A DNA stretch of 64,000 nucleotides from assembly GCA_051362555.1 (NCBI GenBank), contig CM120648.1:2457721-2521720 (forward strand), read 5' to 3'. This stretch comes from Lingula anatina. Lineage: Eukaryota; Animalia; Brachiopoda. Position numbers and translations under genes: made by a program. Below are positions 12,246 through 25,914 of this stretch, piece by piece. Every line of letters starts with the position of its first letter. Position 1 is the first letter of the stretch. The notes beneath the pieces were generated by a model that was given only the letters and a program-made list of their open reading frames with translations, made no database searches and was not told the origin of the DNA.

Positions 12246-14570
12246 GACAGGGTAGTACATTTAGGGTGAGAATATAAATGATAAAAAAAATCCTCAAAAG
12301 CTTTGGTAGAATCACTTTAGAAGTGAAGATGTTGTTCAAAAGCAAACAAAAAAGCCCTAAAAAGTTTGATCAAAATTACCACACATAAACGAAATCAACA
12401 TTGCTAATTGAAGCTAATAACAAAAAGTCTTGATTGTACTTGCTATAGGCAGTTGAAACAAGAAATGAAACCGTCAGCAGTTTGACTTCAAAGTTTTCCC
12501 CCACATTCGTCAAAAACGAGAACTGTAGTATCACATGGAAAAGAATAAGTATTTTATAAAATGACAAAACTGAAACCATCCAAATCTACCCTAACCCTTC
12601 AAACGTTAGTACTAGAAGAGGAACTACTACATCAGAAATACATACCGCGCAATACACGCAGTTCTAAATTGTCAATTTTTACACCCTGAGGTCCAGGACC
12701 TCCCATCTCCTCACTGCGGTAGAACTAGAATCAGTGTTATTATACCATACTTGTGTCTCTATGCAGGTATCACCTTTTCTAAAACCTCAAGTTAGATAAA
12801 GAATGCACAGCTATTGCATTAAAAAAGCCAAGTTGTTCTTTTACAATAGGACAAAAGTACAAAACTGCGTATCACAGAGTTCTTTGTCGACTTATTTTGA
12901 GCACCCTTTGGGTATTATAATAAGATATTTAGAGTCTAGTTTTGACTTATGGCATCTCAAGAAATTTAAATGCATGCATAAGAAAATTGAGGTGAGATTG
13001 GGTTCGTATCTTGGTATGAGAGGCGTATTAAAGCTGTTCACTTGCTGGCTTTGGTAATCTTATTGGTATAAACCCCTGCATTTCTCTGCTAATCTGCCCT
13101 CTTTCACACTTTTCCCATTTTTTTCTTTTTTCACCTTGGTATCAACATTTTCTGTCGTATAGATCTATAAGATATATTCAGCACATTCAAATTAAAATGT
13201 CAATCACATAAAAAAAATATTTAAGTTTGATAACTGCATCCAAACAGCTATAAATTCACCTTTTCTAACTAAGACACAATCTAACACTTTAATCTGTTCA
13301 TCAAATGAAAAACCAGTCTGAAAACTCTATATAATTTGGATTCCCCAATAAAAATACCCAATACGCTGCATCTACTTAAGGAAGAACCTGTCATTTAAGG
13401 TAAAATGGTGACAGCTGGACTGCATATTATACTGGTATGCTTAGAGCTCCAATGTCTCAATGACTGTACAAAGACATACATATATATGATATATGTATTG
13501 ATTACTGTGCAGTGAATGATTTACTTCCATGCTGTTATAATACGGACTAATTTGTGTGTAGGAATTACCATAACAGGAAATGTTTTGTAGCATGTTCACC
13601 TACAATTTGTTCATTATCAAAGCTTATCACTAATGAACCTTACGGTCAGGAAATATTTGGCATCCCCCAATACGCCTACTGATCAACATCTCCTTTCTTA
13701 AGGTAAAAATAATACTAGCTGGTTTGTAAGTAGTCTTAGTGTAAATGTATGGTAATAAACCTATCCTGTTGTACAACTAATACTGAGACTTGATGCTCAA
13801 TACTGATCATAAAAATTCCTGTGTTACAATATCACCAGCTTACAGCTAAATCTTTTACCTTTTCATTGTAAGTCTTTAAAGATATGATAAACAGAAATTA
13901 CAAAACATTATTATATATATTTAATTTAGTAGAAGTAAAAACCATTGTGCTCTTTCTAAGTGTAAGATAATATAAAAGTTTATGGGTAATTATTTGAAAA
14001 ATGGACAATTTGTAAGTATACTGTTCATTAATAAAATTTTGATTTAATTAATACTATTAGCTAGTGTTATGAATGAGGATAAGCATAGATAAATGATTGT
14101 CTTTATAAAAAAATTCTAACCAGTCACATATTCATTTGCTATTCAGTTTGTGAAATGTAATGTCATCTGACAGCTTTAGAAGAGCATCTCAATCTCCAAA
14201 AAGACAAAAATTTAATAGACAAAAAGAGGGCAACATAACCAAATGAAACATACATAGCATCAACATAACACACCAAAAGGGGATATTTTTAACATTCTTG
14301 TTAAAAAAAAAGAAGGAAAAATTACCAAAAGAATAGGAAATGAAACGTCAGTTAATGAAATACAACAAACAATAAACAGAAGACTTTCAAACAACAAAGG
14401 GTCAGCCCTCATTTGGAGGATCTCTCAATTTCAAAGGACCTCTTTTTAAAAAATCTTTTTAACAAACAAATGAGTCACTACAAGAAAAAAGTTTGCCAAA
14501 TCCTAAATAACAACACATTCATAACAAAATATCCATGGAAAAAATCCCAAAAATTTGATCATCTTTTCAT

Positions 14571-14934
14571 CTACCCCAGAAGGTCATCCACTGTTTTCAA
14601 GCCATATCTCTGCGGGCTGCGAGTTTCTCCGATATCTTTTCCCGCCATTTTTCCGTCCACCATATATTCCTTACCCATCACCCCTTGTGCCCACAGGATA
14701 ATCTTATCAATATTGGGCGTGGGCACTCCAACAATCTCAGCGATGCCGCGAGTGACGGTGAGGCCAAAGGGGATGTCCTCCGTCAAGTACCTCTGGGTGA
14801 AAAGCGGGACAAACCCATTTCCGTCCTTACTGGGTTCCATGGGATGAACGAGACCTGGGTAGCTCTTGTGTGTGCGGAGGATGGTATAGATACTGGTCTT
14901 ATCTGGGATGTGGTTCGGCCAAGTGTCCAAGTAC
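14571..14934 (-). CDS. Opine dehydrogenase (octopine/tauropine/strombine DH family), coding exon 5 of 5
   Basis: cag acceptor, phase 2; contains YPGLVHPM and the family motif RYLTEDIPFGL...GVPTPNIDKIILWAQ; TAG stop. Confidence 0.93.
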
Positions 14935-15000
14935 CTGTTAACACAACAAACAATATGCTTACATCATCAATAGACTGTCAACAATGACAGGTGTCACTAA

Positions 15001-15223
15001 AGCCCCCTTTACACTGGACAGCATCCTCTCTGCGTCCAGCAGTCCGGCCCCATTTGAGAGTTAAAAAATTATAATACTTTACATGCCGGCAACTTGCTGT
15101 TCATTGAGCATTCATTCTGTTACAAAATCTATGCTCGTGCCTCCTTATTAAGACCACACCGTTGCCAAATTTCATGGTCGCAGAGAGGACGCAGAAAGGA
15201 CGCCGTCCAGTGTAAAGGAGGTA
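15001..15223. mobile_element. MITE with TIRs and TAA target-site duplication (PIF/Harbinger-like), in the last ODH intron
   Basis: AGCCCCCTTTACACTGGAC ... GTCCAGTGTAAAGGAGGTA, flanked by TAA on both sides. Confidence 0.75.
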
Positions 15224-15519
15224 TAAGCTACTGACAGCTAATAACGATTTAAAGACCACTTATTTGAAAGACGTGAGGCCATTTCACTTATAACTAAGTC
15301 AACAAAAGTATACATGAAACAGTTTTGTGCCAAAGGTAGGTACCAAGAAAAAAATGCCTTAAGCTGTGGTCTCATATATGTTGTCAGCAACTGAATTCAC
15401 AGATGCTGGCAAAAACTATGCATTCGTATTTAAAATGTTTTTAGGAATTAACAAATAATTGGGTATGTATACACATGCATGCCAAACTCACAAACACAAG
15501 TATGCACACTCTTGTGTAC

Positions 15520-15544
15520 AACACACACACACATGCACGCACAT

Positions 15545-15578
<34 letters not shown>

Positions 15579-15698
15579 CCACACACACACATCCACACAC
15601 ACACACACACGGACACACACACACACACACACACCATCGCACAATCACACACACCATCGTGCAACCACACACACACACACATGCACACACGCACACTC
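15520..15698. repeat. Interrupted (CA)n microsatellite next to the ODH exon 4 donor
   Basis: Directly visible. Confidence 0.9.
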
Positions 15699-15700
15699 AC

Positions 15701-15971
15701 CAGTCTCTAACAGAGACCACTTGGGAGAGATCAGTGCCAGGCTTCTGTTTTTCAATTTCTCTGGCAATATTCTGAATCTCTTGGCTGACATCCTCCAACA
15801 TCTTGGCGGTGGCCTCATCCAGGCCATTATAAAACAGAGGCTTCTCGGCCAGCGGTTTACCGTCCCAGTCGTGCCACCTGCCATACATGATGGTAGTGTG
15901 GAGGTAGGAGTTGATTGCAATCAGCGTGGTGCCCAGCAGGTGTCCCTTGCATATCAATGTAGGTCGGTTAC
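15701..15971 (-). CDS. Opine dehydrogenase, coding exon 4
   Basis: cag|...|gtgagt, 271 nt, phase 1/2; INSYLHTTIMYGRWHDWDGKPLAEKPLFYNGLDE includes the catalytic His region. Confidence 0.93.
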
Positions 15972-16932
15972 CTGCAAGGAACAGAGATTAAAACATATTA
16001 TAATAATGAATATTATTATAACTAAGATGAAGACATTATATAACAAAGTAAAACAATTTTATATATGCTACTATAATTGACAGAGGAAAAGACACAATTT
16101 TTAACAATGTATAACAATGTATACTGTTATAACTAAGGTAAAAATATTATATAACAATGTATGAAACAAATTATATAACATGAACTAACAATGTATTATT
16201 TGTATAATATAGCACGCTGAGGCTGAGAGATCAGTGGAAAAAAGCCAAAGCCAATGTTAGTCCCCAGTGATTTGTGAAGTGCAGGGTGAGCACGTGCATG
16301 GACACAAAAACAGGCGTCCAATGATATTAAACCACAAAAATTAATCAGAATTTTACCAATTTATTATTTTACTTTAATGATTGATTTTTGTTTCCTGTAA
16401 AAAAGCTGCTAATAAGGATGTATGTTATTGTAGGAGAAAATTATGACACATAAGCTTAAATCTGTTCTTTTATCCAGGACTGACCCTGGTCAATGATAAT
16501 TTTACAACGAATTCAGAGAAATCCTCTGCTGACAAACAATGTACAGGTAATTATACCACTCTGTACTTACCTGACTTTCTGAGTCTTAGTAACAAATACT
16601 AGCACTGACACAAGCTTTGTTCTGATCTAACCTTAAAGCCTCTTATTTATATTACGTATGAAACACTGTATCTTTCTTGATAGGACTTTGATTGCATACA
16701 TGATGGTAGAGTGATAACAATATGGCCACAGCAATCATCAACTGATAGATTTTCAGAATTCTTAGTCCAGATATGGATTAAACATAACATCCTTCTTGAC
16801 AGCACTTTGGCTAGTCAATGATGCTACATCTGAGCAATGACATCAAATTGGCCATGCAACTGACAAGATTTTCACACCCAGGTACAGATTTGATCAATTT
16901 TAGCAAAATAGTTAAGTGAACTAGTAAAATAC

Positions 16933-17146
16933 CTAAGCTTCCTTGTCCGTAGGTGACGGCTTCCAGAGGTGAGTTTCCCAGCACCGTGGGTCCTCCCTCA
17001 CCATGCATAGATCCTTTCATAAACCCCTTCACTCCCAGCACATCTACTCCCTTCCCGTACTCCGTGATACGGCACGCCCACGGCAGAGACTCAAAGGACA
17101 TGAGGATGCAATCGTTGGCTAATTGCTTTCCAAGGATCTCTCTCAC
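16933..17146 (-). CDS. Opine dehydrogenase, coding exon 3
   Basis: cag|...|gtattt, 214 nt; SFESLPWACRITEYGKGVDVLGVK is a diagnostic opine DH motif. Confidence 0.93.
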
Positions 17147-17886
17147 CTGAGAAGAATTAAGAATTTGAATATTATTTCATTTTATCATTTCCAGAGATCA
17201 GTCATAGAGTCAGGACCAGCTGCAATAAACCCATACATTACATTTTGCATCTGGTTATAATTTTTTTGAGATTTTTCAAATCTAGGAGTTTGATAATTAG
17301 AATTCAAAATGAAACTTCACAAAATAATGTTTTGTTGGCAAAACCTGAAAAAATTCTGATAAGGGTTTGAAACAAATAAGTTTTTGGGAGTAAGGTGGTT
17401 GTTACTTATTATACATGTAATGACAGCTTTTGATAAATTGCCTGATATTTGAAGAGATACATACAACTATAGCAGCTATAATGCTTAAAAATCATGGTAA
17501 AAAATAAAAGCAACTGAAAGACAGACAACTGTACCCTGTTATTGGCACTTTATATATATAAACAAGGTTTTATCAAAATGCCATTGGTTTTCATGATTAT
17601 AAGGTAATGGAAATATAAAAGTAATTACTATTTCACCTCAGCTTACCTCATATTAAATTGGGCTGAGAACTAGGCATTAAAACAGATCACTGAAAATCCT
17701 TAATGGAGATACCCTTTAAAATTCAATTAACTTTCCTGTCAAGCTTTCAAAGTAAATTGAATAATGCAATTTAGAAATTTGATAGGGAGACTCTCTCTGT
17801 TATAATGGAGAAATTTGAAGAAAGCTACTTTACAACTGAGAAAGGACTAAATCCCCACATCATATGGCTAGCTTTGTATTAGTAAC

Positions 17887-17920
<34 letters not shown>

Positions 17921-18036
17921 GTGACCAAGGAAGAGAAATATCCATAATCTGCTTTTAATTAAGAAAGTAAACCTGGTAAAGTAGCACTTTTTCCTCTGAG
18001 AAGATCAAGCCCAGGTAGAAATTAAAGCTTACAAAC

Positions 18037-18177
18037 CTCAAACTCAAACCCTGGTGCACCAGGCATTGCTGCAATGATGGTTCCTTTCCTGCAGTATGGC
18101 TTGAGTGCCTCCAGGTACTGGCGATGTCCAAATGCCGGCACCACCAGGTAGATGATGTGGCACCCCTCCCCCGCCAC
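18037..18177 (-). CDS. Opine dehydrogenase, coding exon 2
   Basis: cag|...|gtttgt, 141 nt, phase 0/0; VAGEGCHIIYLVVPAFGHRQYLEALKPYCRKGTIIAAMPGAPGFEFE. This frame is not shown in the ORF track. Confidence 0.9.
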
Positions 18178-18885
18178 CTGGCATACAATGAATTATTTTA
18201 ATATCTACACACTTTTATGTCTGGACTCAGAGAAAAAAAGTAGGAAGAAATGGTGTGGAGGACTACATTTGCGATTGAAAACTGCCAAGAAAAAAAATAT
18301 TGAATTTCTGGTTCAGAAATGTCATCAGGTACAGTCTAAAATGTTGTCAACAATGGAATCAGCAGTTACCATGAAGAAGAATTTTTTGTCATTTAAATGA
18401 CATTTGGAAAATGATTTTTGCAGACAACATCAAGAGTGTATTAGAACGAATGTATTAACTAAAGGAGTACTAGTAATACATTCTTCCCAATATTTTGAAG
18501 AGTAGCTGACTAAACTTTTTTGGAAGCAAACTAAAGTATTTTTTTCCTATCCAAGGCAGCATTTCAACCACCAAGAAATGTCCACTTGTGCACGCAGCTG
18601 ATTTCACTGTCCTCTCCTGCTCTGATTTCATAGGGATTGAAACTTTAAATTTATTAGAAGGCAATTAAGAAAAAAAATAGAGCAGAATATGTCACAAATA
18701 AACTTAATGAATCTGATAATCAAAATATTTGAGTTGTAATAACGTTTTATAAAGACAATTTTCTCTTATCTGAAAACATTCTCAATAATAATAATAACAA
18801 CAAAAATGTCAAAATTACCTTATTTTTTTAAAATGAGAATAAAAAAATCTGCACCATCTTGTGATAAACTTCATGGCTACCCTAC

Positions 18886-19116
18886 CTTGGGGTCTTTGGT
18901 AACCAAAGCTGGTTTGGCTTTCAGTGAAGAACCATTTTCAGTAAAATTCACAACAAAGTCATTCGTCTTCATGGTATTGGTCCACCTTTCAGCCTCGTCT
19001 GCAAACAGGGTCAGAACACGAGCCTCGACATCATCCTTGGAGCCCGCGATTCCAGCCAGGGCATGGGCGCCATTGCCTCCCCCACAGATGACAACCACCA
19101 GTTTGTTGCTACCCAT
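18886..19116 (-). CDS. Opine dehydrogenase, coding exon 1 (Rossmann fold); joined CDS 1221 nt, 406 aa
   Basis: MGSNKLVVVICGGGNGAHALAG NAD-binding motif; donor gtaggg; an acceptor 6 nt upstream of the ATG implies a non-coding first exon. Confidence 0.93.
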
Positions 19117-19185
19117 TCTTGTCTGGAAATATACAGGATAATTCTGCAGAACTGAACAAGATGATATAGAATAATTCTTTACTTA

Positions 19186-19360
19186 GGCCCCATTCAGAAT
19201 AGGGGACTAACTAGTCTGAGGGTCAAATATGGCGGACCCACCTGAATACCTCCCCACGGGATATCTATTCAGTGTCTAATCGCAGATTAAACTGCAAGCT
19301 TTGTAGTGGATGGCCATATTTAAACCTTGGACTTGTTAGTCCCCTATCCTGAATGGGGCC
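19186..19360. mobile_element. MITE family A, copy 1 (Harbinger-like)
   Basis: TIRs GGCCCCATTCAGAATAGGGGACTAAC / GTTAGTCCCCTATCCTGAATGGGGCC; flanked by TTA/ATA; a related copy lies at 32238. Confidence 0.85.
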
Positions 19361-19602
19361 ATAGAGACTAAGTACACAGGTGGTGGACCTAAACGGCATG
19401 TTTGACTGATGTTATTTAGTCTCTAAGGAAAAAATTATAATTATATTTTATCATCCTATCTAGAGACCATGAAAAAATGCTTTTAAATGCATAAAACTGA
19501 ACGTGCAGAGCTATAGAAAGCTGTGTATTAGTACAATAATGTAGGCTGAACATGACAGAAGGCCTCTCATAGAACACATTGGTGTCGTGTCTTGAGGTTG
19601 GA

Positions 19603-19663
<61 letters not shown>

Positions 19664-22494
19664 TGGAGGAGGGGACTTGTGACCCTTCAACTTCAAAGTA
19701 AAAAAAAAAAAAAAAGAAAGAAAAAAATTTTCAGACTTCTCTTTTAACAACTTCTATGACATGGTATCGAGTAAGAAACAAAATCTGCCATTTCCAGGCC
19801 AGGACAGTCAAGACGTCACATCTGCCACAGCTCAAACTAATTAACTTCAATTCAGAAAATCATTCCCTGGCATGTGAATTACTTATAATTACTAATCAAT
19901 GTGGCCAGCTCCCCAGAATTTAGTGCCTAGGGGAGGTGCTGGAATGGTATTAACAGCATTTCCAAGAATCTCAGTCTTCTTCCACTTTTCATAATATTTC
20001 CAAGAAATATTGAAATATAGCACAAGTTGACGTAATTAGCTTTTCAGCAAAGTGGAAGCTGTCAGTCCCTGGCTCTGTAGTGATGATAAAATACAGAAAT
20101 GGAGCATTGCTTTCTGAAATACATCACTATTTCAATTTGGACTTTACATTTCTCGTCTTTTTTCTTTGCATTTCTCATTTTTAAAGTGATCCCAACAACA
20201 GAATTATTTTTCACATTCATTAGCAAGCTTCATAGGAGGTCATAGAAATATTAAGTGGCTTCCAGTCTCCTCCAGCTATAATTAAAGCATACAGTCACTC
20301 TAATTATCAGCTACAAAAGTAAGCTAAGTAAGAACCAATGGAGGAAACTTTTGGCCTATGTGTGTTGAGTGCATAGAGACTAGGTAAACTGAGGACGACC
20401 CATGATGCCCACACGGTATCAATCAACAAGAACGCTGACGTTTATAAGAATTATTCTGTAGAGGAAGAAGAGAACTTGTGCACACTGTACACGCAGAGAG
20501 AGCACAATTAGACAACATTTTGAAGACGGGTCTCACCATAAAATATCATTTGATTTAGCCAATCTTTTTAATTGTGTAATTTCCTCTCAAGAAACATGGT
20601 TAGTGATCACTTTAGCTGGCCAGGTGCTTATATTAGAGAGTTTCCAATGTCTATGCGATACAATGGCAAGATTGTTACATATAAGTAAATGTGGCCAGTA
20701 ACCTGCTATCTCTTGTCATGTTCTGGTAAATGCTTTGGCATGCCAGCATTTCTCACTGTAATAATTATACTGGATGTAATTATACTAGACTACTAGTGAA
20801 AGCATTCACTCATTATTAGCAGATATATTGGTGAAAACAGCAATGCCTAGCTTAGAGACCTGCACTTAATTCACTGGTCGGGGATTGACAGGGTACTCGA
20901 TCCAGATGGTCTCTCTACTATATATAATAATTACCAGAGACCTCTCAAGCATCTGTATGGCTGACAGCGGCAGTTCGACCTGTGTAAAATGGAACGACAG
21001 ACAGCCTTATGTTTCAGTTCGCAGGGTCAGAGATGCCACTGACCGGGGCACATTTCTATGGAGCATTGTGTCTCCATGACATTCAACTGAAATCTGACCC
21101 GATTCAGAGCACATCGTAAACTTTACCATAAACTTTACCGGAGCATAACACTCACATCCCAGCAGTAATTGCCAGCATAGTAGTAACTGCTTTCAATGCA
21201 CTGTGACATTTTGCTACAACCTAAGTACATTACAAGTCTTTTGCCTAGAAATAATATTCATATTAACTTTTACATAATATACTGCTGAAACACATGGCAC
21301 AAGGTCAAGTAGTCACAATTTAATAGGAAACTAGACTTGGGCCTTTATAAAACCTGGTGAAGTTAATAATAATAACTTATGCCAAGATTGACATTTCAAG
21401 TCAGGCTTCAGATGAAATAATTATAATGGAATGCTAGAAAAGTACCCAGCCAGCTAAGTTTTCATTTTCATTGCACTTATAAATTTAATTCAATTGATGA
21501 AAAAAAAAAGCAAAATCCCATGGAATCCAGGCTAGCCTGCTTCTTACCCAATCACCCTAAGAAAAAACCATCAAATAATCAGCCCAGAACTTTCTGAGTT
21601 AGGCTATTAACTAGTTAAACCAAAAATGGGCAAACTATTAACTGCTTGGTGGAAGTATTTTTGGCAGAGGTAATGAGGTGTAAACCTGTCCCCTCCTTCA
21701 CCCTTGCTGCCCCTCTGTCTGCTCTTCGTCCGGCAGACTGACGAATATCTCATCTTATTCACAGGTAGACAGGTAAATAATACTGCAAAGTTGTGTGTTC
21801 ACACAGATTTATTTGGGATGCACTCTCTCAGAACGATTGCTTCTTGAATTAATTCTGTTCCGATATTACAAGGGGTGGATTGCATTACCCCATGCTGATA
21901 ACAAGCCAGACGTACTGGTACCTATACAATCTGATCCCTCTAAAACAAGACAACAAACATGAGCAGTAGGATGATAACTGGGCCAAACCTGTCATGGAAT
22001 GAGATCACTCCAAATGCTGTTTTGTGCGAACAGGGCAGAAATCTTATCATAAATCATTAAAGCTCACAGTTGCGGACCACATATATAAACTGCCAGTGAG
22101 GGAAAGATGGAGAGTTATGGTCTAACTGAAGGGAGTGTTTAGCTAAGGCCCAGTTATCCACAACTCTAGAAAGTCTGTTAACTGTTGTGTCATATGTTTT
22201 TAGAAAAACCTGCAGCAAAACACCAAAATTAATAAACATAATTATTTTATCCAATTAACATCGTCATGCAAATCAACAGAGTTTTTAAACATGCTAAAAA
22301 GATTAGCAAGGCAGGAAATACCCAGAAGTGTTTGATTTTGTTATGAAACAAACAAGCATGCATAGTGAGAAAATTAGCATCACTACCTGATAAAGAATAA
22401 ATACCAGTACTTTCACTACATAAGCAAGACTATGGAAATTTTCTCCACCTACTCTGCCCCCCCCCCCCCCCCACACACACACACACACACACAT

Positions 22495-22700
22495 AGACCC
22501 CATTTCCAGAGATTAGATCGAACTACTTTAGATCGACCTAACTCCCTGGGGGTTCATGCTAAATAGCTGTCAGCCGACACGAAAGTTAATTACCCCCTTA
22601 CAGCTTGTCGGGACGGACATTAAAGCCGGATTTTCTGACAGTAATCTAGTGAGACTCCCCGCGGGGATAGATCGATCTAAAAGCTCTGGGAATACAGCCT
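22495..22700. mobile_element. Degenerate MITE inserted in a (CA)n tract
   Basis: Imperfect TIRs CCCATTTCCAGAGATTAGATCGA / TCGATCTAAAAGCTCTGGGAATAC; locally CpG-rich within a CpG-poor region. Confidence 0.6.
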
Positions 22701-23705
22701 TACACACACACATATCAGTACTTACATTAGATGTAAGCATAGCAACAGTGTAATCCCTCTCTCCCTCGATATCTCCCTTCTCTTTCTCTTTAACTCAGAA
22801 CACATACAAAGATATGTGGTTTGGTAAGTGTATCAGATAAAAGTGAAAGTTTATTTGCCTCTCTCCCCCCCCCCCCCCCCCCCCCCCAGCAACCCCCTGA
22901 TTGGTCCAGTAGGTCACAGTATTGCAAGCACTAGTACACCACTGCCGTCTAGGGCAGACAGATAATCACCAGTGAACAGTGGGCAAATATTTACTTTGAT
23001 AACAATTCCCTTCATGCGCCTGCATAGATGTTATACAGCCTCTATTACCAGTCACTGAGTGCTAAGTTTTTAGGTCTTCATTTATTTTCTTTGACTCATA
23101 TTGTTGCAAGTACTTATGCAATGTTCCATTTCTACAGTAAGCCGTGGAAGTTGATCAAGCTTGAATTTAGCATGATTTGCAATAAACTTTAATAGCAGAG
23201 GTCACTTAAGGACAGTTCCAGTGTCACATCGAGGTCAGCTGATAACAAAGGGCACAGGGGGACAGCTTGACCTGGGTGTGTGGCCAAGGCAGGGGGACAC
23301 ACGGGGGGGGGGGGGGGGGGGGGGGGGAGCACCTTCAAGGGGGAGTTGTTCTACTTGTTCATAATGTAAAGTGCTTTTAGAACAACTTTAAAGATGAAGC
23401 ATTCTGATTTACACACATACCAGTACACACACTACTAGTATGGTAATAGTACAGCAATTAAACCATTGAATTAGTTTGTCTCTAGCACTTAAGTGCGCTT
23501 TCATTTTTTGCTTCCGTTTTGGACACTCACACTTTATGAGTTATGCAAGATCAAGCTGAAACGTGAGTGAGAATGCTAGACACAGAAAACATATGGCCTT
23601 TACTTCTTTAGCAGACAACTGAATTACTCACAGAACCCAAAGTGAAATAACAGAAAGACGAGTGCAGACCAAAGCAATGTACACTTGTTGTAGGAGATAC
23701 TGTTA

Positions 23706-24669
23706 CTTCTCGCGTCTCAAATGCCGCTGTTTTCAATAGAGCTTGTAGGTATTTTTTGGGCGTGGGTAGGTACGCGCCAGCCGCTGCCACCCGTGCTGAA
23801 ATGGGATGGATTTTGCCTTTTGAAAAGCAGTTAATTAATGTGACAAATTTCTGGTGTAGATTAGCTAATATGGATTGTAATAGGTTGACTAAAAAGGTGT
23901 TTTTATGGAGTTTACGTGTATCAAACAATGGAAAGAAAAATTGGATAACTAGGGTTAAAGGTAAATTTAGTGATCTAGGAGTAAGCCACTTATATGTAAC
24001 TGATAATGATATATCGAAGGCTAGTACACTTAATTGTGTTAGGGAGAGTGTAGCTTTTGAATGTCACTCCGATTGGTTGGCGAAGCTATGGGATGATACC
24101 CCACGTAGAAATGGAGGTGGAAATAAGCTGAGGCTATTCAGACTGTTTAAGCAAGACTTGGTAGTTAGTGAATACATTAAGAAACCAACTTTATCACTCA
24201 AGCACCGGCGGGCATTGGCTAAGCTGAGATGTGGGGTGGCCCCACTCAGAATAGAAACTGGACGGTATGAAAAACTTCCAGTGCTGGAGAGAACGTGTGT
24301 ACTCTGTGAATCAGGTTGTGTTGAGGATGAGATTCACTTTTTAATTAATTGTCCATTTTTTAATGATTATCGTACTGATTTAATTAGAACTGCTAAATGT
24401 TTTAAGCCGGATTTTGATCTACTGGATGAAGTTAGCAAATTTCTTTTCCTGATTGATGATCCAAAAATGATTTTTAGCACTGCCAAAGCCTGTAGCCTTT
24501 TCTTAGGATTAAGAAGAAATTTTATGTATTTAAACTGTAATTAGTTCTTTTAGTCTCTCATAGTTCTCTGTATAGAACTGCCTGATGACTGTTTTAATTT
24601 TTATTGTTTTAAATTGTATCTATGGGTGAGACTTTAATAAAATAAATTGAATTGAATTGAATTGAATTG
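23706..24669 (+). mobile_element. 5'-truncated LINE (RTE-X/CR1-group-like) with (TTGAA)n tail and 6-bp TSD CTGTTA
   Basis: ORF 23756..24544 encodes the ORF2 C-terminus (NKLRLFRLFK, LRIETGRY, RTCVLC..EDEIHFLINC); AATAAA plus TTGAA repeats; CTGTTA at 23700-23705 and 24670-24675. Confidence 0.9.
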
Positions 24670-25398
24670 CTGTTAAGCAAAGTTTACCTGTCTGAGTACA
24701 CAGGTTCACCTGTGCTTTTCACCGGTCGTAGAGCAGCTGAAGGCTCCTCCTCAGGTTCAGGCTCACATGCGGCACTGTTGAATTAGTAGTTTTTTACCAC
24801 CAGTTAGATTATTACCCAATTTTTGTAGCACTAAAAATGATTTACATGGGCAATATAAACACACAATACACTTTTGGTGGGGGGTTCAAAAGTGAAAGTT
24901 ACAGGTTCGTTTTAGGCCTCACCTTTTCAGTGGACTGCCTGCTTCTAGGATGTGAAGAATGACCTTGGCAGAGTTTTGAGGTCAAATTGGAGTGAGCATG
25001 CGCACTATTGTTAGTCAATTATCAATATCAGGCCCTCAAAAAATCACAGAAAAAATGGAAGCACTGACGGAAAGGCAGCAGGGGCCGGGAATTAAATCTC
25101 TGATCAAATTTCAAATAAGAGCGAAGAAAATACATCTATCTTTTGGATTCGGAATCCATTTTTTGCATTGTTTTTGAATTAATCTATGACACGCCCACGA
25201 ACCTCAGACACTTGATATTACTTACATGTATACAGCATATTATTTAAGTTATTTATTTTTCATTTACTTTTTTGGTATTTTTTGGTGTTGTTGTTTAATT
25301 TTGACAACCATGATAGCTAACAAGTAACATGAAAAACTAAATATAAAATATATGATACCAGTACACAATAAGTTTCTTTTTCCTTTTCCCTTTCACAG

Positions 25399-25445
<47 letters not shown>

Positions 25446-25577
25446 GTGAAGTACACAATGAAAGTATCAGAAGCGGCTATTTATCATCAGCAGCAGTTGT
25501 TATACAGACTGATGTGTCAATAATACGCTATAGTTAATCAAACAGACGACGGTCCTTTTTATTTTCTTTTCAATTAA

Positions 25578-25914
25578 AGGGATAATAACTCTTTGTATGA
25601 GATCTATATTTCACAATAAAAACATTGTGAACAACTCATAGAAATATAATATATTCTGTTTTACTACAAAAACGGCAGTTATAGCTGTTATTCTGATATC
25701 TGAGCTTGTCTTCAGACCACGTGACCTCCATTGATGGCTATACTCTGCTATAATCTCTTAAGAGATTTTAACAAAAAAACAAACTTTTTATAAAATAACC
25801 AGGGACTAACTTTGAATGTAAAATTGGATTCATTAACCATTGGTAAGTATGGGAAAAATGTTGTTTACTCCAGGAAAATTCATTTTTTGGCCAAAACGAA
25901 GAGTTATTATCCCT
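25578..25914. mobile_element. Non-autonomous DNA transposon with TTAA TSD (Kolobok-like termini)
   Basis: TTAA-AGGGATAATAACTCTT ... AAGAGTTATTATCCCT-TTAA, a perfect 16-bp TIR. Confidence 0.8.

Noticed and set aside
14571-19116. Opine dehydrogenase as recent bacterial horizontal transfer or contamination
   Set aside because: It has four canonical spliceosomal introns and host repeats, and this enzyme family is well known in marine invertebrates.
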